Origin: a virus
IMG/VR virus record: IMGVR_UViG_3300034651_000168
DNA length: 50,400 nt
Reading direction: 5' to 3' (one strand)
In this document: positions 33,182 through 43,800 of the stretch, one piece after another
Numbering within the stretch: position 1 is the first letter of the stretch
How the letters are laid out: the number at the start of each line of letters is the position of its first letter
Made by a program: the position numbers and the translations under genes
Notes under the pieces: generated by a model
Databases searched by the model: none
Told to the model about the DNA's origin: nothing
Seen by the model: the letters and a program-made list of their open reading frames with translations, nothing else

Positions 33182-33634
33182 ATGAGTTTATTCGAGGAAA
33201 AAAAGGTTACAGAGGTTGTCACCGCAAAGGATATTAAAGATTTAACAGGGATAAGCGCAAATGATTTTAACTTTGTGAATGAGGAAGACCAAGAGAAAGC
33301 ATTAACAAGTTTATTAGAAAAATGGATTGAGCGTATAGCGTCACATATCTATGTGAGGATTGATAGAACGGTAAGTGTGGAAGATGGCGAGTTCCTAGCA
33401 ATCCAAGACGTTTTAGTGCGTACTGTTGCGAATCTAGTTGCTATTGCACAGCAACAGCGTTCTAGTCCTGTTATTCAAATTGATAGCTTTGCGGTGAATA
33501 TCCTAAACACGTCAGAAGTGACCAAGAACTTAGACAACGAATTGAAACCTTTTATTCGATACAAGCAAGGCGGAACAAGCGGTTGGGTATCTATTTTTTC
33601 CTCACTTGAAGAATACGAGGGGGAAGAAAAATAA
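33182..33634 (+). CDS. head-tail connector (gp6-like) protein
   Basis: Call rests on position and size in the head-tail joining block. Confidence 0.5.
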   Translation: MSLFEEKKVTEVVTAKDIKDLTGISANDFNFVNEEDQEKALTSLLEKWIERIASHIYVRIDRTVSVEDGEFLAIQDVLVRTVANLVAIAQQQRSSPVIQIDSFAVNILNTSEVTKNLDNELKPFIRYKQGGTSGWVSIFSSLEEYEGEEK

Positions 33635-34047
33635 TGGAGATTACGCAAAACGATTTAAAGAAAATGATTCCACAGTTCAAACGAGCGTTTCAACGTTCCC
33701 ACGAATTAACCGCACTAGACCTTTGGGGAAACTTGCAAGAGTTTTCACCACAAGACCATGGGAAATTAGCAGGTTCATGGCGACTGCAAAAGAAAGGGAA
33801 TTTACATTCAACCGTAGGAACGAACGTCAAATATGCGTTAGTTCAAGATGAAGGTTCTGACCCTTATATGATATATCCACGACAAGCACAGGTATTACGA
33901 TTTGAAATTAGCGGTCAAGTCATCTTTGCGAAAGAAGTAATGCACCCAGGGATTCAAGGTACAAATTATATCGAAGGTTCGATTGCGGCAACCAATAAAC
34001 GAGTAAGTGAATTTGTTGAGATGGCATTAGATGAAGAGGGGCTGTGA
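33634..34047 (+). CDS. HK97 gp10-family head-tail joining protein
   Basis: ...SPQDHGKLAGSW...VGTNVKYALVQDEGS pattern. Confidence 0.6.
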   Translation: MEITQNDLKKMIPQFKRAFQRSHELTALDLWGNLQEFSPQDHGKLAGSWRLQKKGNLHSTVGTNVKYALVQDEGSDPYMIYPRQAQVLRFEISGQVIFAKEVMHPGIQGTNYIEGSIAATNKRVSEFVEMALDEEGL

Positions 34048-34051
34048 ATGA

Positions 34052-34498
34052 ATGTCGGTAAGTAGAAAACCTTTAGTGGAACTATTTAATGAGATACGAG
34101 AAGCCATTATTGAAAAATTAAAGGAACACGAATCCTTAGAAGAAATCAAAGACGTGGTTTATGGAGAGCGACAACGCATAGGAACGCTACAATCTCCTGC
34201 AATATGGATAGTTCCCGAGCCATATCAACCCGAATTACGAGGGGGAAGAACAGCACAGCACGATTTTACGTTTGATTTTGTCGTATTGGTGAAGGGAACG
34301 CAACCGCAGGAATCCTTAAAGGAAGCGGAAAGACTATCTATGACGATTTACGATGTATTCACCGAGGATAGAACATTAGATGGTCTTGTATCCGATGTAA
34401 GACCAATGCAAGTAGACCCAGCGTATGAAGCAGGAAGTAACACGCAATTGTATTGGTCAGCAGTTCAATTTGTCTTTAGGTTGCAAAGGAGGGAATAA
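34052..34498 (+). CDS. tail completion / neck protein (putative)
   Basis: Call rests on its position before the major tail protein. Confidence 0.45.
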   Translation: MSVSRKPLVELFNEIREAIIEKLKEHESLEEIKDVVYGERQRIGTLQSPAIWIVPEPYQPELRGGRTAQHDFTFDFVVLVKGTQPQESLKEAERLSMTIYDVFTEDRTLDGLVSDVRPMQVDPAYEAGSNTQLYWSAVQFVFRLQRRE

Positions 34499-34501
34499 AC
34501 T

Positions 34502-34951
34502 TTGGCGACTTATAAAGAGCGCAGACCGTTAAAGCATTTAAACGTTCCTATTTCATTAGGTATAGGCGAAGGTGGAAAGACACTTCCACAGCTATACGAT
34601 TATTTCCTTCAAATTGATGATTATATAGACGAGTTAAAGAATCAAAGCGGAGGAACTGAAAGCGTAACGTGGGAAAACGTAGAAGGAAAACCTTCAAGCT
34701 ATCCACCAGAAACGCATAATCACGATTCAGAATATGCGCCAATAGAACACACGCATGGAATCGGTGACGTAGAAGGATTACAAGGAGAATTAGATTCCAA
34801 AGCAGGAACAGGACACAATCACGATGGAACGTATGCGCCCGTATCACACGCACACGCAACAGGGATTACACAAATAGCTGACCCTACAACAGCAACAGCA
34901 GAAGATATAGCAAATAAAGTAAATGAATTAATTGCTTCACTTCAAGGTTAA
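34502..34951 (+). CDS. hypothetical virion protein with His-rich HxH repeats
   Basis: ETHNHDSEYAPIEHTHG...GHNHDGTYAPVSHAH. TTG start behind SD AAAGGAGGGAA. Confidence 0.6.
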   Translation: MATYKERRPLKHLNVPISLGIGEGGKTLPQLYDYFLQIDDYIDELKNQSGGTESVTWENVEGKPSSYPPETHNHDSEYAPIEHTHGIGDVEGLQGELDSKAGTGHNHDGTYAPVSHAHATGITQIADPTTATAEDIANKVNELIASLQG

Positions 34952-34964
34952 GGAGGATTGAACC

Positions 34965-35930
34965 ATGTCATCAATTACACGATATTTAATGATTGGGGAA
35001 GAAAGCGAATATGCGGTGGAAGCGAGCGAATACCAAGAAACGCTAGACCCCGAAACAGCTAGTATTGACCCAGCAGGAGACGACAAACTTATTTATGAGG
35101 GAATCGGAGGTTTAGACCGTAGAGCAGGATTAGGCGTTTATTCCACCGCAGGCGATATTACGATTCCTTTAGACGACTTGGCGACAGGTTGGTTTTGGAA
35201 ATGGGCATTAGGCGGTTATGAGGTTACAGGAACAGACGATGGTTCGGGTGTAACAACAGCACCTTACACGCATACCTTTTATCCGCAATTAGGCGGTCTC
35301 TTAGATTCCTTTTCAGCAAAGATTGGAAAGGACATTTTCGAGCAGATCTTTCTAGGAAACGTCATTGAAACAATTGAAATCGAAGTCGAATCCGAATGGG
35401 CGTTGATGACCGTTACAACGCTAGGCGCAAAGGATAAACGTTCGACCTTAGAAACCGAGATTGAATACACCGAGGGAGAACTATTTACCGCACCGATGGC
35501 ATCGCTCACAAAAAACGGTGAGGATAAAAGCGCAAGCATTAATACGTTGACCTTATCCTTAGAAACAGGAGCGAATATCGAGGATTCACAAGGATTTGGC
35601 TCACGATTCCCTACAAAAGCGTTTCGTGGAGCAATGGTTGTCGAATTAGAAGTCGAACTAGGATTTGACAGCGAGGAAGAACTTCTCACGTTTTGGGGAG
35701 ATTCAGACGGGCCTTCCACTAGTAATATTGACGATTTTAGTTACACATTAAGTTTTGGAGATAACTTAGATTTTATCTTCCCTAGATTGATATATACAGC
35801 GAGCGGTCAACCTGCGGAGGGTAGAGAAAATATCACGCAAAGTTTAACCGCAAGAGCGTTATATGATGACGAAACAAAGGAAGGACCGATAATTGTAAGT
35901 TTAACGAACGACAAGGAAAGTTATGAATGA
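34965..35930 (+). CDS. major tail protein
   Basis: 321-aa ORF immediately upstream of the chaperone/tape-measure pair. Confidence 0.7.
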   Translation: MSSITRYLMIGEESEYAVEASEYQETLDPETASIDPAGDDKLIYEGIGGLDRRAGLGVYSTAGDITIPLDDLATGWFWKWALGGYEVTGTDDGSGVTTAPYTHTFYPQLGGLLDSFSAKIGKDIFEQIFLGNVIETIEIEVESEWALMTVTTLGAKDKRSTLETEIEYTEGELFTAPMASLTKNGEDKSASINTLTLSLETGANIEDSQGFGSRFPTKAFRGAMVVELEVELGFDSEEELLTFWGDSDGPSTSNIDDFSYTLSFGDNLDFIFPRLIYTASGQPAEGRENITQSLTARALYDDETKEGPIIVSLTNDKESYE

Positions 35931-35948
35931 TAGCTAAAACATACACAG

Positions 35949-35973
35949 AAATATTGATATTAATATCGGTATC
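35949..35973. repeat. AT hexamer array 6
   Basis: AAATATTGATATTAATATCGGTATC lies in the gap after the major tail gene. Confidence 0.55.
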
Positions 35974-36088
35974 ACTATTTCTGTTGTGGCTTGTCGTGAT
36001 AGGAACGTTACAAGTCGTTTCTTCACCAGTTTTAGATTTAGTCAGATTAACCTTAGTTTTATTATTTTTCATATTAGGAGTGATTGAA

Positions 36089-36526
36089 TTGGCAAAGAAA
36101 TTAACTGCAGGCGTACTACAAGGAAACGCTTATCGAGAAACGATGGAAGTTGAATGGGATGGAGAAACCTATGAGGTTGAAATCAAACCTTTAACGAATA
36201 AAGAAGCGAGTGAAGTCGAAGCACTCATGCAAGAAGGTGTAACCGTAAAAGGGAAGCCAGGCATTAAAGGAAAAATGCAACGGACAATGGATTTTGACAC
36301 AAGAAAGAATACGTTCGGCCGATACGATTCAGATATAAAAGCCGTTGCTTTAGGTACGACAGAAAAATCTATCACAGAAGATGTAGTCGATAAAGAGTTT
36401 CCGCCGAAGCTAGTAAAAGAAATTGCTAAACGAGTAAAGCAGATTACAGGGATTGGAAATCAAGAAGAAGTAGAAGAATTCAATGAGGACGTAGAAAATC
36501 CCAGTGAACAAGACGGAGAGCAGTAA
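36089..36526 (+). CDS. tail assembly chaperone (gpG-like)
   Basis: TTG at 36089 lies 8 nt after AGGAG; the alternative start is ATG 36143. The track ORF start at 35927 would add an implausible hydrophobic leader. Confidence 0.6.
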   Translation: MAKKLTAGVLQGNAYRETMEVEWDGETYEVEIKPLTNKEASEVEALMQEGVTVKGKPGIKGKMQRTMDFDTRKNTFGRYDSDIKAVALGTTEKSITEDVVDKEFPPKLVKEIAKRVKQITGIGNQEEVEEFNEDVENPSEQDGEQ

Positions 36527-36713
36527 CTTTTATTTTTTAGTGAAAGTATGTGGCATTTCCCCCCTAGACATTCCACATATGTCACCGTTCCAAGTGCAAA
36601 CGTTGATTCTTCAACATAACAAGTACGAAAAAGAGAAAGAAGAAAAAGCGGAAAAGTTGAAAAAAGAAGCCGATCGAATTAAAGCGAAAAGACCGAGAGT
36701 GCGAAGAAGGTGA
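36495..36713 (+). CDS. gpT-like extension of the tail chaperone, reached by a frameshift
   Basis: The frame is open from 36495 and overlaps the chaperone 3' end. No SD is present. It lies in the +1 frame relative to the chaperone. Confidence 0.5.
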   Translation, partial: KIPVNKTESSNFYFLVKVCGISPLDIPHMSPFQVQTLILQHNKYEKEKEEKAEKLKKEADRIKAKRPRVRRR

Positions 36714-36720
36714 TTAATAT

Positions 36721-39405
36721 ATGGCGAATGTAGTTGAGGTATCCATTAGGGGGATTGATGAAGCCACAAAGGTTTTTAATAGTATAGAATCCAACGCAGA
36801 CAAGGCATTTTCCGATATAGAATCATCTATCGAAGCTATCCCCGATGTAGATATTAACGCAGAAGTCGATTCTTCCCGAGCGGAAAAAGAAATCAATGAT
36901 ATTGAGGGAGCAGTAAGCGGAGCGGAAAGTGCTATTAAGTCAATTCCCGACCCACAGCTAGACGCAAGCAAGGCAGAAAACGAATTAAAAAGCGTTCAAC
37001 AAGAAGCCGAGAATACGCAAAAATCTATTGATGATATAGATTTTGAAGCGGTCATAGGCGGTCTAGCTGCAGGAGGGGGAATCGCAGGAGCGGTTGATAA
37101 AGCGTTAGACGTATCTAGTTTGAATACGCAAATAGAAATAGGTTTCGATATTCCCCAAGAATCCATAGACGCAGTAAAGAGTTCGATTAAAACCGTTCAA
37201 TCATACGGTGTAGACGCAGAAGGAGCGTTGGAAGGGGTAAGGCGACAATTTGCCTTAAACGCTGACGCAAGCGATGAAACGAATCAAAAAATTATCGAAG
37301 GCGCAGGAGCGATAGCGTCAGCCTATGGTGAGGTTGATTTTACCGAACTTATTCAAGAAGTAAACGAAGTAGGTAGCGAACTGAATATAACCGATGAAGA
37401 AGCACTAGGATTAACAAATAGCTTGCTTCAAGTAGGTTTTCCTCCGGGCGAGATAGATATTATTGCCGAGTACGGAAAACAGCTTACAGACGCAGGATAT
37501 GAAGCAGAAGAAATCCAAGGAATCATGCAAGCAGGGGTAGAAACAGGTTCTTGGAATATTGACATTCTACTCGATGGACTAAAAGAGGGAAGAATCCTTA
37601 TATCCGAGTTTGGAGCAGGCGTAGATGATTCGATGGCAGAAATCCTAGAAGGAACTTCCATATCAGCCGACCAATTAGAGCAATGGGGACAAGCGGTTGC
37701 AGGTGGTGGAGAAGAAGGAAAACAAGCTATGTCCGAAGTAGCGCAAGCATTAGCGGAGGTAGAAGATTCCACGAAACAGAATGAACTTGGAGTTAAATTT
37801 TTTGGAACGATGTGGGAAGAACAAGGAACGAATATCCTAGATACGTTACAAGGAGCGGAAGATGCGACCTTTGACTTGAAAGAAGGAACAGACGCAGTAT
37901 CCGAATCCGTTCAAACCTTAGATTCTTCACCTGCGGTAACGATGAAACAAGCCATGCAGGATATAAATACAGCACTAGCACCGTTATATACAGGAATAGC
38001 GAACGTTGTTTCACAGGTTGCAGGTTGGATTCAAGCCAATCCACAACTAGCGGGAACGATTGCAGCAATCGTAACAGTGATTGGAATTTTAGTAGGAATC
38101 TTCATGGCGTTATCACCGATTATAACGACCATTGTTTCTGCGATGGGTCTGTTAGGAGTTACATTTGGAGCGATTGCAACGCCCATATTAATTGTGATAG
38201 GCGTTATAGGCGCACTCATAGCGATTATCGTATTACTTTGGCAGAATTGGGATACCGTTAGTCAATTCCTAGCAACATCTTGGGAATGGATTAAAGAAAC
38301 AGCGACAACCGTATTCACCGCCATAGGAAACGCTATATCCGTAGCGTGGGAGTGGATTAAGCAAACCACAATAACGGTATGGAACGCCATAAAAACGTTC
38401 TTTTCAACACTATGGCAAGGGATTCAAACCGTATTCACCGTAGCTTTAAATATCATTCAGACAATAATAACAACAGTCTTTAATGTTATTAAAACAGTCA
38501 TTACGACTATATGGAATGGCATAAAAACGTTTTTCAGCAACGTATGGAACGGAATTGTGACTGTTGTAACGACAGCTATTAATATTGTTCAAACCATCAT
38601 CACGACCGTATTTACCACGATTCAGACCATCATCACGACAATATGGAATACGGTTAAAAACGTTACATCGACTGTTTGGAATGCTATCGTTTCTGTCGTT
38701 TCAACGATTATAAACCGATTGATGAACGGAATACAGAATATATTCAGCACCATTAGAAATATCATCACAACGGTTTGGAATGCGGTTAAGAGCATATCGA
38801 CTAGCGTATGGAATGGCATAAAAAGTTCAATTAGTTCTATCATAAGTGGAATTAGTTCGACCATATCGAGAGTATTCAACACAATTAAAAATACGATTAC
38901 GAACGTATGGAACAGCATTAAGAGCGCAACGAGCAGAATATGGGACGGAATCGTGAGCGTGGTTAAAGCACCGATTAACACAATCATTGGATTTATTAAC
39001 GGAATGATTGACGCATTAAACGGAATTAGCATTGATATTCCACAAGTACCCGATTGGGTGCCAGGTATCGGTGGACGTGGTGGAGGTACGATAGGATTTA
39101 GCATACCGAACGTACCATCATTAGCAACAGGTGGTGTTGTATCCGAGCCAACACTTGCGATGGTAGGTGACGCAGGAGCAGGAAACCCAGAGATTGTTGC
39201 ACCACAGAAAATGATTGCTCAAATCGTAGGAGCGGAAATCCGTAAAGCGTTACAAGGATTATTTAGTCAATATCAGCCTACCAATCACACGCCACAACCA
39301 TTACAGATATTCTTGCGTATTGGAAGAAGTCAGTTCGTTACACTTGTTGAGGATATAACGAGAGAGCAAAGACGTTCAGAGGAACAGCTAGAAGAATATA
39401 GGTGA
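36721..39405 (+). CDS. tape measure protein
   Basis: 894 aa, with a central hydrophobic segment and an array of 11-residue W/F repeats. Confidence 0.85.
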   Translation: MANVVEVSIRGIDEATKVFNSIESNADKAFSDIESSIEAIPDVDINAEVDSSRAEKEINDIEGAVSGAESAIKSIPDPQLDASKAENELKSVQQEAENTQKSIDDIDFEAVIGGLAAGGGIAGAVDKALDVSSLNTQIEIGFDIPQESIDAVKSSIKTVQSYGVDAEGALEGVRRQFALNADASDETNQKIIEGAGAIASAYGEVDFTELIQEVNEVGSELNITDEEALGLTNSLLQVGFPPGEIDIIAEYGKQLTDAGYEAEEIQGIMQAGVETGSWNIDILLDGLKEGRILISEFGAGVDDSMAEILEGTSISADQLEQWGQAVAGGGEEGKQAMSEVAQALAEVEDSTKQNELGVKFFGTMWEEQGTNILDTLQGAEDATFDLKEGTDAVSESVQTLDSSPAVTMKQAMQDINTALAPLYTGIANVVSQVAGWIQANPQLAGTIAAIVTVIGILVGIFMALSPIITTIVSAMGLLGVTFGAIATPILIVIGVIGALIAIIVLLWQNWDTVSQFLATSWEWIKETATTVFTAIGNAISVAWEWIKQTTITVWNAIKTFFSTLWQGIQTVFTVALNIIQTIITTVFNVIKTVITTIWNGIKTFFSNVWNGIVTVVTTAINIVQTIITTVFTTIQTIITTIWNTVKNVTSTVWNAIVSVVSTIINRLMNGIQNIFSTIRNIITTVWNAVKSISTSVWNGIKSSISSIISGISSTISRVFNTIKNTITNVWNSIKSATSRIWDGIVSVVKAPINTIIGFINGMIDALNGISIDIPQVPDWVPGIGGRGGGTIGFSIPNVPSLATGGVVSEPTLAMVGDAGAGNPEIVAPQKMIAQIVGAEIRKALQGLFSQYQPTNHTPQPLQIFLRIGRSQFVTLVEDITREQRRSEEQLEEYR
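38281..38955 (+). repeat. 20 tandem 33-bp (11-aa) repeats in the tape measure gene
   Basis: Units [W/F/I/L]-N-x-I-x6-[V/I/L/A] run from WEWIKETATTV to WNSIKSATSRI with exact 33-nt phasing. Confidence 0.85.
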
Positions 39406-39409
39406 TTAG

Positions 39410-40873
39410 ATGACGTATATGACATTCAACAATATAAGCCTAGAAGATAAGTTTACGATTACAGATATTCGTGGCCGAGGAATCTTATCGAATGATATTG
39501 AAACGATTGATGTTGCAGGAAAAGCAGGAGCGTACTTTGTCAGTCGAAAGATTCCTATTAGAAATATTGAAATTGATATTATTATTGCTAGTGATAGTGT
39601 TAAGGATATTAGAAAAGATATTCGAGAACTAAACGCTATTCTATCAGTCGATGAACCGAAGGAAATCATTTTTTCAGATGATGAAGAAATAAGGTATTTT
39701 GGTATCCCTGCCGATTCACAAGAGAATGGGGAAATCGTAGCGACCACCGAAGCGACTATTGTTCTAGTTTGCGCCGACCCATTCGCTTATTCAGACGAAA
39801 AGGAACACCGATTTGAATTAGACGTAACGACATTAACAAATAATGGTTCAGAGGAAGCGGAGCCAATATTCGAGTTTGATGTACTAGCACCTATCACCTT
39901 TGCAATGATACAAAACCAAGAAAACGAATATCAAATGATTGGAACTCCTGTAAATGAAGATGACAACGTAGAAGTAATTGACACGAAGGAATCTATTATG
40001 TACGAAAACGGAAGTACACTTGATCAATGGAACGAAGCGACATTGGATATGGTAGACGAATTTTTCATTGATGGAATAGGCGGAGAAATGGTCTTTGATG
40101 GAGCGGGCATCCGACCTAATGGATTTGGTACAGGGGAAAAAATGCATGGACCGGCTATTATAAGAGAACTTCCAAGAGCAATACAAGACTTTGAAATCGA
40201 AACGACATTCGACATTATTTCTAACAGGGAATCCGAAGCATTTCGAATGGTCTTATATTTTTATGATGAAGCGATGAACAATTTAGGACAGCTAGGGATT
40301 AAGGATAATTCAAGGCATGTTAAGAGAAGAATTGCTTTAGGTAGAGTAGGAGAATATCGAGGTGGAGGGGAATCGAATGGAAACGTTATTGGAGACCACA
40401 GCCACACGATAGAAAATGCCGAAGATACGACCTTATTTTATTTACGTGTTCGTAGAGAAGGACAAAAATATAGCTTTTATATTGGAGAATGGCGTTATAA
40501 GAGACACGATACCGTTTGGGAAGGAACGTTTCATGATACTAATAATCAATGGGACGGTAGGTTAAAATATGTCAGCTTATTCTTTGGTACGCATGCAGAT
40601 TTAGGAGCGCCCGGAAGAGGGAGATTCAACAGCGTTGAGGTTTACGAATTGAAATCAATAACAGAAGACCGTACACCTTATATCGCAGACGCAGGAGACA
40701 TAATTATATTTGACCATCAGAACGGAGATTTGCTTATTAATGGAGAATCACGAAAGGATATTAAAGACTTTGGCGGTCAATATTTCACGCTTAAAAAAGG
40801 AGAAAATCAGTTGGTGTTACTTCCAACCGATAGTTTAAGCGCAACCGTAACATACAGAGAAACGCATAGGTAA
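39410..40873 (+). CDS. distal tail protein (Dit) with a C-terminal extension
   Basis: Lies directly after the tape measure gene, with a siphovirus tail-component N-terminus. The 487-aa length suggests an added domain. Confidence 0.65.
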   Translation: MTYMTFNNISLEDKFTITDIRGRGILSNDIETIDVAGKAGAYFVSRKIPIRNIEIDIIIASDSVKDIRKDIRELNAILSVDEPKEIIFSDDEEIRYFGIPADSQENGEIVATTEATIVLVCADPFAYSDEKEHRFELDVTTLTNNGSEEAEPIFEFDVLAPITFAMIQNQENEYQMIGTPVNEDDNVEVIDTKESIMYENGSTLDQWNEATLDMVDEFFIDGIGGEMVFDGAGIRPNGFGTGEKMHGPAIIRELPRAIQDFEIETTFDIISNRESEAFRMVLYFYDEAMNNLGQLGIKDNSRHVKRRIALGRVGEYRGGGESNGNVIGDHSHTIENAEDTTLFYLRVRREGQKYSFYIGEWRYKRHDTVWEGTFHDTNNQWDGRLKYVSLFFGTHADLGAPGRGRFNSVEVYELKSITEDRTPYIADAGDIIIFDHQNGDLLINGESRKDIKDFGGQYFTLKKGENQLVLLPTDSLSATVTYRETHR

Positions 40874-40889
40874 AGGGGGTGGAAAAGCT

Positions 40890-43800
40890 TTGTCTTTGAT
40901 TCACATTGTAAATAAACAATCTGATACAATCCTAGACGATATTCGAGCAGGAGATGTTTTAAGCAACGAACATTATCGGTCACTGAAGGATACCACAGAA
41001 ACCTTTGAATTTGTTACGTTTGCAGACAAGCGGTATTCCCCGTACCTTGAAAAGCGAAACAGAGTGATTATTCCCGATGAAGATAGAGGATACGCAGAGT
41101 TTATTATTACAAATTCCATCAAGATTCATGAACAGGATAATTTAGTTGAGACCGAAGTTTACGCAGACGCAAGCTATTTAGAATTAAAGAAATCGAAGGT
41201 TATCGAGCCACAAATATTAAACCAGTACACCGTATCTATGCATGCTGGATTCGCTTTAGAAGATACAGCATGGCAATTAGGAATAGTTGAGAGTAATAAC
41301 TATCGAACGATTCAAATTGAAGATTATACGAATCCTTATGCTTATTTAAAACGAATTGCAAACGAGTTTGACCTTGAATTAAATTTTAGAGTGGAAATCG
41401 AAGGAAATCGAATCGTAGGAAGATATGTAGATTTAGTGGAGCGTATTGGTGTATGGCGTGGCGTTGAAGTTGAGTTTGGAAGAAACCTAGACGGAATCAG
41501 AAGAAATGAAAAGACGAAAGATATTGTTACCGCATTAATCGGTCTCGGACCCAAGCCACAAGAAGATGAAAATGGAAACGTTCCACCACGATTAGAGGTT
41601 TATATCGAGGATAACGAAGCCTTAGAGCGTTGGGGATACCGAGATAAAAACGGAAACTTGCAACATTTAGTCGATTATTACGAAGTCGATAGCAACGATG
41701 AAGATATGACGTTTGAAGAATTAGTGCAATATACAAGAACCGAGTTAGATAAGCGGATTAAAGAAATCGTTGAGTATGAAGCAAATATACACGACTTAGA
41801 ACACGTTCCTGGACTACAAAATTACAGATTGCGTTTTGGTGATACGATACGAATTAAGGACACGAAGTTCAATCCACCTTTATACATGGAAGCAAGAATC
41901 CACAGTCAAAAGCGCAATATCAAAAGAAAACAGCATAAACAAGTGACACTAGGGGATTATGTCGAGTTCACCGAGGAAGAAGTTACATCAGTATGGGAGC
42001 AGTTGCAGCAGGAAATCCAAACGAAAATCGGATTATATGAAATGCTTCAACACACTTATGATAAAGAAACGATTGACGAAAAGGATTCTATCGTTTTAGG
42101 AGATGGAAAAGAATATTCTAGGAACGTTGCAAACACAGCAGAAACCAACGCCAAAGACCACGCAGACGATGTAGCGAGTGAAGCAGAACGATTAGCGAAC
42201 AATTATACAGACGTACAAATAGATGCGTCAGAATCGAGTATCTTAGAACAAACCGTTGCACAAGCAGTATTTGATACAACGATAGCCGATATTCTAGGAG
42301 ATTTAGCAGGTAAAGCCGATAATTCAGTTGTTGAGGACTTAGAAAGTCTTATCGCTGGAAAGGTTGACGCAGAGTGGGTAGAAGGACAGCTAGTAGGAAA
42401 AGTTGACCAAGAAGCGTACAACACGAAAATACAAGAACTATCGAATGATATTAGCGATAAAGCAGGGATTGAATATGTCGATGGTCAGCTAGTAGGAAAA
42501 GCGAACGCAAATGAAGTTTATACCATCACAGAGATTGATGGAATGTTTGAAAACGTAGTGAGCGTTACGCAATATAGTACAGATATGGACGGAATCGTGT
42601 CAGATCTTTCAAGTCATGAAACACGTATTACTCAAACCGAGGAAGATATACAAAGTACCGTCACAAAAACCGAGTTTTCTACACTAGAAGATGAAGTGGG
42701 AAATATAGGAACTCAACTAAGCACAGCACAAACAAATATTTCACAGAACGCAGACGCTATCGAATCCAAAGCGGAATCATCAACCGTCAACGCATTAACT
42801 GGTGAAGTAACCGAACTTGAAAGCACTGTTTTACAGCAAGCAGGATTAATTGAGGATAGAGTTACGAAAACCGAATATACAACCGATATGGACGGAGTTA
42901 TCAGCGACCTTTCAAATCACGAATCAAGGATAACGCAAACCGAAAAAGATATTACTTCCAAAGTTGAACAAACGACCTTCAACACCTTAGAAGATGAAGT
43001 GGGGAATATCGGAACTTCCATAGATAATGCTTGGACGCAAATAGACCAGAACGCCACAGATATTACTTCTAAGGCGAGCCAGTCATCAGTAGATACGTTA
43101 AGCGGTGAAGTAACAGACCTTTCTAGTGAGGTATCTCAAAACGCAGGAAAGATAGCGAGTAAAGTCGAGGAAACAACTTTTAACGATGTTACAGGAAGTT
43201 TAGGGAATCGACTTACAACCGTAGAGCAAACTGCAGACGGACTTGTAATAGACGTAGGGAGTATAGAAACAGACGTAAATGATATTGAAGCAGATATAAG
43301 CGATATAGAAGGGACGCTATCGAGCCACAATACCCGAATTTCATCTAATGCGAATGAAATAGCATTAAAAGCGTCATCAAGTGAAGTGGATATCCTTGAA
43401 GGGAGAGTGGATAGCGCAGAAAGCGAAATAACGGCCAACTCTACTGCGATTAATTCTAGGGTAACGCAAAGTACATTTAATTCCTTAGCAGGACGAGTGA
43501 GTACCGCAGAAAGTAATATTTCACAGAACGCAAGTAGTATTTCTTCCAAGGTAGATGATGGAGACGTTCGTTCCATCTTCACGCAGGAAGCAGGTTCTTT
43601 CACGTTTGACGCAGACCAAATAAACTTTAGTGGGCATGTGTTTGGTAGTGATGCGACATTTAAAGGTACTGTAAGTGGTGGAGAAGTTATTCAAGACGGC
43701 GTTGGTGGCTCTATTGAATTAGATAACGAAGGATTTAAAGTCTATGATGGAGGAAAAAACCTTGCACTATCTATGATGATTTCTGATATATCCGGACTTC

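Noticed and set aside
35927-36088. The track ORF start at 35927, which would give the tail chaperone a 54-aa hydrophobic N-terminal leader.
   Set aside because: It has no SD and would overlap the major tail gene stop. The stretch contains an AT hexamer array like other intergenic gaps. An AGGAG-N8-TTG start at 36089 (or ATG at 36143) gives a typical chaperone.
36496-36507. A canonical -1 frameshift for the tail chaperone G/GT pair.
   Set aside because: The -1 frame hits TGA at 36505-36507, immediately within the overlap window, and no X XXY YYZ heptamer is present.
38622-39104. Long minus-strand ORFs opposite structural genes, for example 38622-39104, 43136-43603, 35279-35719, 12197-12607, 32671-33006, 37428-37772 and 25578-25985.
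   Set aside because: They lie fully antisense to well-supported + strand genes. They lack SD sequences and translate to low-complexity S/L/F/I-rich strings typical of shadow frames.
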